Assembly: GCF_964188315.1 (NCBI RefSeq)
Contig: NC_135659.1
Location: 101,060,001-101,124,000 of the forward strand
DNA from: Podarcis muralis
Lineage: Eukaryota
Length of the DNA stretch: 64,000 bases
Reading direction: 5' to 3'
This document shows positions 54,485 to 64,000 of this stretch, piece by piece. A program made the translations under genes and the position numbers. Every line of letters starts with the position of its first letter. The first letter of the stretch is position 1. The notes beneath the pieces were generated by a model. The model worked only from the letters and a program-made list of their open reading frames with translations, did no database searches and was not told where the DNA came from.

Positions 54485-56996
54485 GCCAGCCAATGTTCAG
54501 CCCCTTCGGAAGCAACTAGTACCCTGGCAGGATGATCACTCACAGGTGCGACGCTACGGAGCACTGTGTACGGTTCTGGTCGCCTCGCCCCCAAAATGAT
54601 GCTGTAGAGTTGGAAAAGGTTCAGAGAAGGGCAACCAAGAGGATCCAGGGGATGGAGGGACTCCCCTATGAAGGGGCTTTTTAGAGAGAAGGCGAGCAAG
54701 AGGTCACATGACAGAAGTTTGTGGAAGCGATGCTTCCACAGGGAAATCGGATAGAGAAGTCTTTGCCTTCCTCTCTCAGAACACTAGTACTCAGGTGGCT
54801 TTAAAAGTGAGTTAGACAAATTCAGGGAGGAGAAAGAATTGCTTCTGAATCCCAGGAGTGGAGAGTGTGGCTCTTGTGCTCAGATCCTGCCTGTGGGTTT
54901 CCTAAAACGGACATCTGGCTGGCTTCTGGGAGAAGAAGATGGCCTGATCCTGCAGGTTCTGCTTCTGTGTTTGGTCCCAGCTCTTCTCCATGCCAGAAAC
55001 AGGAGTCACCAAATCTTCAGCTTGAGCTCTTGCCGACCAAAAAGCAGGGACCCCCCCCCCCAGAGCTTGACATCTGCTTTCTTCCTTTTCTGCCCCCCCC
55101 CCCGCTGCAGAGCACAGCCCCCCAACGGAGCGCAGGGGCAGCAACCTGCTCACCCGGCAGCTGCAGGAGCTCTGGAGGAAATCGCGGGGCAGCTTCGTTC
55201 CCCAGCGCCTCCTGTTCGAGGTCACCAGCGCCAACGTGGTCAGCGAGCGGAACTCCAAGTACGTGGTGAGTGAGATGGGGGTGGGGGCAAAGGAAGAAAA
55301 CACACCCCCCCCCCAGCCTGGGAAAGTACCTGGGATTGGAGGGGTAGCAAAAACAAGACGGGAGAAGGGCCCAATATCTAGAGGGAGGGATATTGTAGAG
55401 AGAAGCTGCCTCTCCTGGCCTTAAGCCAGCCAAATGCCCATTGGGCCCCCCCCCCCCCGCCTCTGAGGCAGTTCCAACTCTACAACCTGGAGAAAAAAGG
55501 GGGCGGTCAGGCTTTGCCTGCCCCACCCTCCTCTGCCTTCTCGGTGGTGGCACCTGCCCTGTGGAATGCTCTCCCATCAGATGTCAAGGAAATAAACAAC
55601 TACAGTGGTACCTCTGGATGCGAACGTAAGACGTGTAGGTCACATTTCGCCACTTCTGCGCTTGACGTCATTTTGAGCACCTGCGCATGCGTGAGCGGCG
55701 AAACCCGGAAGTAACATGCTCTGTTACTTCTGGGTCGCCGCGGAGCGCAACCCAAAAATATTTAAGCTGAAGTGTATTCATCCCAAGGTATGACTGTATC
55801 TGACTTTTAGAAGACATCTGAAGGCAGCCTTGTTTAGGGAAGTTTTTAATGTTTGATGTGTTTTTAATATTCTGTTGGGAGCTGCCCAGAGTGGCTGGGG
55901 AAACCCAGCCAGATGGGCGGGGTATACTGTAAATATTATTATTATTATTGTTGTTGTTGTTGTTGTAAGGAAGACTGGAGTTGCCTCTTCTCGCACCCAC
56001 CATGCCTTATTGGGAGGGGGGCGATGTCTTGTAGGGTGCCTGCCCCTGACTATTTTCTCTTTTTCCTTGTGCTGCTACGGTTTGGGCAGAAGAGCCTCAG
56101 GTAACTTCCCCATGGCTGCCGCTTCACCTGCCTGGCTTCCCCAGCCCTTTCCTTGCTGCTTGGGGGGTCTGTCTGCGGAAGGGGGGAGGTAGGCTCACTC
56201 AGTGGGAAGCCAGGGAGAGGGGCATGCCTCCCTGTTTGTCTTGCTGTGGGGTGGGGAGGGGGTTACTGGATTCTGTCCATTTCTGGGCAGCCCCTCTCAC
56301 CGCTGCCCCCTCCCTGTCCCACAGCTCTACACCGTCTACTTGATCCGCGCGGGGCAGTTCGACAAAGCGCCCGCCTGCATCTCCCGCCGCTACTCTGACT
56401 TCGAGCGGCTGAACCGGCACCTGCGCCGGCGCTTCTGCGGCGACATGGCGGGCGTCTCCTTCCCCCGGAAGCGGCTGCGGCGCAACTTCACGGCCGAGAC
56501 CATCGCCAAGCGCAGCCACGCCTTCGAGCAGTTCCTGTCCCACCTGCACTCGCTGCCAGAGATCCGGCGCTCGGCCGACTACCTGGAGTTCTTCTTCCTG
56601 CGCGACCTGCAGGCGGCGCAGAGCCTGACGTGCTCCGGGAGGTACCCGGAGGCCCTGGCCACCTGGGCCAACGCCCACCAGCTGCAGGAGAGGCTGGGCG
56701 CCTGCCGCTCAGGCCACTTCCTGCTGACGCTGGCCGGGCTGGCCGTCTGCCACCAGGAGCTGGGCCAGGCCGGGGAGGCGCACGCGGCCTGCGAACGGGC
56801 CCTGTGTCTCCTGGAGGCGCAGGACAGTCACCCGCTGCTGGCCCCCTTCCTGCAGGCCCACATCCGCCTCTCCTGGGTGCTGGGAAGGGACAAGCGCCAG
56901 GCCGAGGCCCGGCTGCAGCGACTGCAGGAGGCTGGCGGGGTGGAGATGCACCCACCCACCCTGAAGGAACTGCTCATCAAACAGCCTCTGCCCTGA
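54019..56996 (+). CDS. SNX21: Sorting nexin-21 (PX domain + PXB helical region), 3 coding exons, 368 aa
   Basis: Coding exons 54019-54298 (acceptor at 53998), 55111-55265, 56325-56996. MASRILHRLRHAL, LLFEVTSANVV, ISRRYSDFERL, FPRKRLRRNFTAETIAKRS, LKELLIK. Confidence 0.96.
54444..54483. repeat. (ATT)n microsatellite (another at about 15355-15390)
   Basis: Seen directly. Confidence 0.95.
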
Positions 56997-57538
56997 GGAG
57001 GCCGGCGGGCTTCACTGTGGATCGTGGGAGGGGAGCAGCCCAGGCGGAAACTGGACCGTTGTTTTAGGGCACAGTGAACTCGTCCCTCCCGAGGACCACC
57101 GTGCTTCCGCGAGGAACAGCCGCTGGGGCTGTTTATTTGGGGCTCCGTAGAGGAATTAGATGCCTCCACTTGAATGCCTCTAGGAGGAAAGGGATAGCAG
57201 CATCCGCCTGCCGTGTTTGTCTGACACTAATAGCTGTTACGGTCAGCAGAGGGGCACAGCTCCTCCCCCCAAGTGGAAGCCTGGGGGTCTCCAGAGGTGG
57301 GTGGTGCTGTTGCTGCTAGTTGGGGTTCCAGCCTAGTGGGGAGAGGGGAGCTGAGGTTCCAGCCCCCAGGCTGAAAAAGGGAAGATTTTAGAGTGGTTTG
57401 CAGGGAAGAGGGGCTGCCTGCTTCGGCCTCTTGCAATGGGGCAGGGCGTCAAAGGGAAATCGGGTGGAAACCAGGTCCCTCCCTCCCTCCCTTGCAGCCT
57501 CAGGAGACCAGAGCCTTGGAGGGAGGGGCTGCCACCCC

Positions 57539-57544
57539 TTTATT
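57539..57544 (-). terminator. ACOT8 polyadenylation signal (a second candidate lies at 57132-57137)
   Basis: TTTATT on the plus strand, about 215 nt past the ACOT8 stop. Confidence 0.65.
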
Positions 57545-57589
57545 AGCGACAGGGAAAGCCAAGGGCCAGTCTTGTAACTCCCTTCACCC

Positions 57590-57595
57590 AATAAA
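57590..57595 (+). terminator. SNX21 polyadenylation signal
   Basis: First AATAAA I found after the stop; GU-rich downstream tract at 57611-57635. Confidence 0.65.
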
Positions 57596-57760
57596 AAGGA
57601 TGCTCGTCAGTGCTTCTGTTTGTGGGTCTCTGTGCAAAATCCGCCCAGACCAGCTGGCTTCCATCTGGCTCGAGAGCTGCTGCCGTCCCAGCATGAGGCC
57701 TGCAGGGCCTGCCCAAGTCCACGGTGGCCGCGCATCCGAGCAGGACCGCTCTCTTCCTCG

Positions 57761-60700
57761 CTATAGCTTGCTGCCGGAGGGCTGCTCCTTCACGCGGATG
57801 ACGCCTTCCTGGGCGCAGCTGGCAGCCAAGACGCCGTCCCTGCGCCACAGGCGCCCGTGCACCAGGCCCCGGGACCCCCCTGCGTGTCAGAGAGAGGAGG
57901 AGGAAGGCAGTGGCTGAGGACTGTCTGCTGTGACGCAGAACAGCCCTCAGGCGTCTCTTCCCCACACAGCCCCCCCCCCCACGCTCCCTGCCTGGCACCT
58001 ACCTGCCCAGGGACTCTCGCACTCGTAGAGCATCCAGTGGTCAGCCCTGAAGGGGGCGTGGAACCACATGGAGTGGTCCAGGGAGACCATGAAGCTGACC
58101 CTGTAGTGCTGGTGGGGGAAGAGGGCCGTCTGCAGGAAGGCGTAGTCCGAGATGTAGGCGGCCACACAGCAATGCAGCTTCATGTCACATTCGCCTGCAA
58201 AACAGACATCGCTGGCTGGAGGAGAGAGCAAGGCGCAGAGGGGCGGGTAGCAGAGAGCCTGCTGAGGGGGTCATAGGGGTGCCAGGTGCCCCTGTATGAG
58301 CTGGAGAGGAGGCGGCGCAGCACTAGGCAAACTTGAAAGACCCAAACGATCTCCCAAAGCAAGTTCCTAGGCCTCAGCGTTGTGCAGCAATCTCTCCAGA
58401 GACAAAGCTCTAGAGTTCCAGGGCAGGAGCCTGCGTGTTCCACACATCCCTCCCCACCCCATAATTCTCCTCCCTTACCCCAAAATGTGTGTTTGGGTTG
58501 TTTTTTTTCCTTTTTAAGGTTCTGTAAAAGAAATAAATTGAATACTGATTCAAGCGAAAGGATGCAGATTCACACGGATACTTGAATTAGAGGACTTTTC
58601 TGGGCCTCAGACCAATCCCTGGGATGCTAACGGGGGTGGGGGGGGCAGGTGCTTAAGAGCTTACCTATGTGGCCCCTGGCTCTCACCCACAAGAGCTGCT
58701 TGGGCTCCTGCGGTCTCCGGTGGAAGAAGTCTGGGGGGTTCACTGGCTTAATCTCAATGGGAACTTCTTGGGCCAGCATCTTGTTGAGCCCTTGCCTGTA
58801 TCTGTCCAGAAGGTTTGGGTCCCTTTGAAAAAAGAGCAGACACGAGCAGTGAGCTGGCTGGGGGCAGAAGGGGGGGCACCATTGCAGGTGAGCCAGGAGC
58901 CTTTGCCCACGGGTCCCAGGCAGCCTGGGAAATGTCCAGGGATGGAGCTGCAGCCCCAGCACCACTGGGAGGGTGTGGAGGAAAATGGGGACGGGGAGGG
59001 TCTGGCTCCTTAAAAGTCGGGCCTCATTCTCACTTGCTCAGCCAGGCATACCAACCAACACTGGTAGAAACAGGGCTTTTTTCCACCCGAACTCACTGGA
59101 GCCTTCTTACAAGACAACAAGGGAGGTGTTCACGGTGAACTCTGGCACCAGAAAAATGGCACTGGTTGGAAGCTGTTGTGGGCTAGAGGCAGAGCCCTCT
59201 CCCCTCCTGCAGTTTCCATCCTGGCTAGTCATTGAGAGCCCTCACTTCCTGATCCTCTTTCAAGGCCACCCAAGTTGGTGGCCACCATTCCCTCTTGTGG
59301 GAAGGGGTTCCACAGACTAGCCTGGCCAACCCAAGTTTGCTGGAGCTGCACAGAGCCAGAGGAGAGTTCTGAACTGCGAGCAAACGCAGAGCTGAGCTCA
59401 GTGCAGCTGCTCCAGGAAAGCCCATTGCCCTCCTGGAGGACACACTTTTCCCACATCACAGCTGGCTCCCTGGGCCAGGCAGGAGCCAAGGGCAAGGCTG
59501 GTAACTTCTGCCCCAGGAAGCTTCTTTATGTATATGGCCAAGCGGACGGTCTTCTGGAAGAGAGGTGGGGACCCCGCGCCACTCACTGCAAGTACTTCTG
59601 GATGAGCTCTTCCTGGGTCAGCAGTTCCTCTGGAAGGGGCACATCCGGCATGTGGAACTGGTGCTTGACGGGGCTGGGCTGGTCCTGCTGGAAGGAGGCC
59701 TGGCAAATGAGGATGGGCTTCCCATGCTGGATGGCCTTGACCGACCGCACCGAGAAGCTCTTCCCTGTGCGAGTGCGCTCCACCTGGTACAGAACCGGCA
59801 CCGTGGGGTCCCCTGGAAGCAGGAAGGGCCTTTGGTCAGCTCACCTGCCGCCCCAGAAAGTGAGAGCGATGGGAGCATTATGGCTGCTATGCGAGCAAGC
59901 ACTCGCTCTCTTGGTTTCTTCTCTATCTCCTTTCCCCCCGTCCCAGAGATCAAGAGCAGCGCTCAGGCAGCTTCTGGGCTGTGCCCCGGAATAACAGCAT
60001 GACAGTCAAACGGGGGTGGGCACGGCTGGGTTGGTGGGAGCAGCAGCAGCTTCTGAAGTGCGAGGGGCCAAAGTGCAGAATTTCCTCCCTCTGTTGTTTT
60101 CAGTCCCAGTCAGACCAAAAGTGGTGATGAACTGGGTCTGATGCCACCACCCTTACAGCTGCTGTTGCAGCTTCCTGGGACCCTCTGCCTGCTAAGATGT
60201 GGCCTGTCTGGGCCTGGAAGGAGAGGCAGGAGCGTCCCCCAGTGGCCAACAACACACAAACCATCATCCACTAAAAGCAGCAGGCTGAAGGCAAAAAAAG
60301 TAGGTAGTACTTAGATGCTGCACTGAGGAATTTATGGGAATCACAGCTACAATGAGTAACTGTATTTACTGGTTTTTGGAGGGATGCTGAAAGGAGAGAG
60401 AGAGTAGAGCTAAGAACGTAAGAAGATCCGGCTGAATCAGGCCAGTGGCCCATCTACTCCACAAATGGCCATCTCCGTCCATCACACCTTGCCTTTGGAT
60501 CTTTACCTGGCCACTGGCAACACTTTGGGTGTGGTTGTGTGAGTCATCACCTTCTACTGCCAGCTCTGCAGCTTACCAGGGTCTGCTTATAAGACACTGC
60601 TCAAGAACTCCACCCTTCCCACCCCCTCCTTTCCCAGAACCTGTTATTACCTGCTCTCACGAAGTAGCAATGCAATGAATGGACTTGTACATCCTCACTC

Positions 60701-62601
60701 ACAGCCTTTGCAGCTGCCACCAAGGCCTGGCCCACTATCTGCCCACCGAAGAGTCGCTGTGTGACTGGCACCCAGTAGTGCCTCCCACTAGGAGAAAGAC
60801 AACAAAGTGAGGTTATTCCCCAAAAGATGGTACCTTTCTGTCTGCCCTGATTCCTGTTTTTTGTTTCTTTTAGCATACTATAGGGTGGCCTGTGGGGACA
60901 AGGTGGATAGTGTGGAGTCAAGTCAGGCCCGCATAGTTCTTGTTCTCTGCATTGCGAATCAGAACCTTGCAGCCCACTTTCACAACTATCTGGGGTCAGG
61001 GTCCAGGACATTTGAATTTCTCCCAAAAGCAATTCCCAGCACGAAGCTTGGCTTGTTTTCAGAAAAGACAGGGAAGCAAGAGAGCCCATTTTGTTTCTTG
61101 TGTTATTCCAGACCAAGGGCCTGTCTTTCAAAGGGCAAAGCCACTCACTCAAGTTGTCACCTGTCAAAGAGACATACTTGGGCTTTGCCACTTTGTGTGA
61201 GGTGGCCATTTTTGTTTCATTTGTTTGCAAGACAGATATGAATCCACCAGCAAGACTTTTATTACATTGTTGCCTTTGTTTTTTCTTAATGCTGTGGGAA
61301 TAAAGCACAGCCTGGCTGCTGGATCATGAAAAAGAAGGCCCATCTAGCTCACTGTCCAGCTCTCACAGAGACCCCCATGGGCAGAAGCACTGATAAGCAG
61401 CTGTCTTATGATCCTCATTGCAGACAAAAATTTAAAGGGGGGCTTTTTTTTAAATCAAACAATGAAAAACATAAGAGCTTCAGTGCCATTTGGTGCTGCA
61501 AGATGGGAAGAAACCTGCCAGAAACTTGGAAAAGAGAAGATTGAGATCTCAATACGATAGCCACCTTCAACTATCTGAAGGGTTGTTCAATGGAAGATGG
61601 AGCAAACTTGCTTTCTGCAGGGGAGGAACCGATTGATTCAAATTGCATAAAGAAGATTCTGAATAAACCTCAGGAAAAACTTTCCGACGGTAAGAACAGC
61701 TTGGCGGTGGCAGGATCTCCCTTGGGAAGGTGGTGGACTCTCCTTCCTTAAGAGCTCTGTTTAGGGAAGTGGTTTATGTTTAATGCTGTATTGTGTTTTT
61801 AATATTCGGTTGGGAGCCGCCCAGTGTGGCTGGGGAACCCCAGCCTGATGGGCGGGGTATAAATAATAATAATTATTATTATTACAGGTTTTGAAACAGA
61901 TGTTGGACGGCCTCCTGCCAGGGATGCTTCAGCTGAGATTCCTGCATTGCAGGGGGTTGGGCCTTGGTCCAGTATACCTGAAGGAACGTCTCCACCTCCA
62001 TCGTTCTGCCTGGACACTGAGGTCCAGCTGCCAGGGCCTTCTGGTAGTTCCCTCACTGCGAGCAGCCAAGTTACAGGGAACCAGGCAGAGGGCCTTCTCG
62101 GTAGTGGCACCCGCCCTGTGGAACGCCCTCCCACCAGATGTTAAAGAGAAAAGCAACTACCAGACTTTTAGAAGACATCCGAAGGCAGCCCTATTTAGGA
62201 AAGCTTTTAATGTTTAACAGACCACTGTATTTTAATATTTTGTTGGAAGCCGCCCAGAGTGGCTGGGGAAACCCAGCCAGATGGGCGGGGTATAAATAAA
62301 AATTATTATTATTATTATTATTGACCCTGGGGGTCCCTTCCACCCCTACAGTTCCGAGATTCCAGGTCCACATCCCCCAAGACCCAAGGCCCGGCCTGCG
62401 TGACTCCCTCCCCGCTTCCCGCCCGCCCTCCTCCGCCCCCGCTGACCGAAAGAGGTCCAAGTCCAGCGGCTCCAGGCTGAGGACGCTGGTGACCAGGACG
62501 CTGCGCAGGTCGCCCTCCTGAGGGGCCTCCTCCCCGCCCCCCTCGCCCTTCGCCTTCCGCTCGGGAGCCTCAGGCCGGCCGGTGTCCGCAGGCGACGCCA
62601 T
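57761..62601 (-). CDS. ACOT8: Peroxisomal acyl-CoA thioesterase 8 (TesB-like), 6 exons, 328 aa, PTS1 -SKL
   Basis: Minus-strand exons 62601-62447, 60787-60651, 59812-59587, 58822-58665, 58194-58003, 57879-57761 (987 nt). RLFGGQIVGQALVAA, VHSLHCYF, AYISDYAFL, SLDHSMWFH, CAQEGVIR, C-terminal GSKL*. Confidence 0.97.
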
Positions 62602-63100
62602 CTTGAACCGTCACCTGACAGGAGGCCGCCGGAAGTCCTCGCGGCCGAACCCGGAAGCGCTCTCTCCCTCGCTCTCTCCCATTGGCTGCGGGGGGGGCGT
62701 GGCCCCTCCCACTCGCTTCCTGACGCGGCGTCCGGAAAGCGGAAGCTCCCGCTCCGGAGGCGGAGGCGGGTCCTGCCTCGCGATTGGCCAATCCGTTCGC
62801 CGGTCCCTGGTCTCGTGGCCTTCCCGTTGGCCGAGCTGGCTGCCCATCCTGCGGCGCGGCCCCTGATTGGTGGGTCTCGGGAGAGGGGCGGGCTCCGTCC
62901 CCTGTGGGATGCCGGCGGGCCGAGCGGGTCTCCTTCTGCCGGGCGGCCGGGGAGGGAAGGAGCCGGAGGGGGAGAGAGAGCGGGGCGGAGCGGGGGGCCG
63001 CCAGGGCGAGAGAGCGGAGGAAGGGAGAGCAGAGGGAGAGGGCTCTGGCGCGGGAAGGGTTAATGGGCCGCACGCTCAGGGCAGAGGGAGGCCAGGCAGG
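62602..63100. promoter_or_regulatory. Bidirectional ACOT8/ZSWIM3 CpG-island promoter
   Basis: Several CCGGAAG/GCGGAAG ETS sites (62620-62750), several CCAAT/ATTGG boxes (62680-62870), YY1-type AAGATGGCG over the ACOT8 ATG. Confidence 0.8.
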
Positions 63101-63385
63101 AAGGGGTTAAGCCCCCCTCCTCAAAAAACCCATTATTTCCCCTCTCCCCACACGAAAAAGAGAGAAATCCTTATTCCCTTTGGGTGGGACTGGGTGGGTT
63201 TGGGGAGTTTCCAGGCAGGAAGGGGTTAACCCCTCCTCATCCCTTTGGGTGGGTTGGGAAGGGGGCCTCTGGGGGGGCAGCATAGGGGCCTCGGGGGGGG
63301 CTCCCTTCTCCCCAACCCCGCACACCCCAGTTATCCTGAGGGGAGATGCTCCAGGGCAGGGATGCTCCTCTGTTCCTCTGGGTAG

Positions 63386-64000
<615 letters not shown>

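Overview
Eukaryotic, intron-rich genomic DNA from a squamate reptile. A lacertid lizard is likely, inferred from the Sauria-SINE, BovB, CR1 and L2 repeat content; the species cannot be proven from the sequence alone. The window carries the conserved block DNTTIP1(+) - UBE2C(+) - TNNC2(-) - SNX21(+) - ACOT8(-) - ZSWIM3(+, runs off the end), syntenic with human 20q13.12. I reconstructed all coding exons by hand with GT-AG boundaries and consistent phases. The rest is dense transposon sequence. Best leads: (1) three copies of a ~220-bp palindromic Penelope-type element, each with one intact minimal hammerhead ribozyme and a 12-13 bp target-site duplication; (2) a duplicated ATG|GTAAG splice donor in TNNC2 exon 1 that could give both a mammal-like (MTDQQ) and a bird-like (MxSMTDQQ) N-terminus; (3) a five-level nested transposon stack with all TSDs readable, just upstream of DNTTIP1; (4) a ~22-nt motif shared by three CpG islands and amplified into a higher-order minisatellite in UBE2C intron 1; (5) a 64-bp LTR reduced to its two termini; (6) crossed polyA signals of SNX21 and ACOT8. 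Gene and repeat identities rest on my recall of family sequences; no database searches were run. Boundaries marked approximate are estimates.
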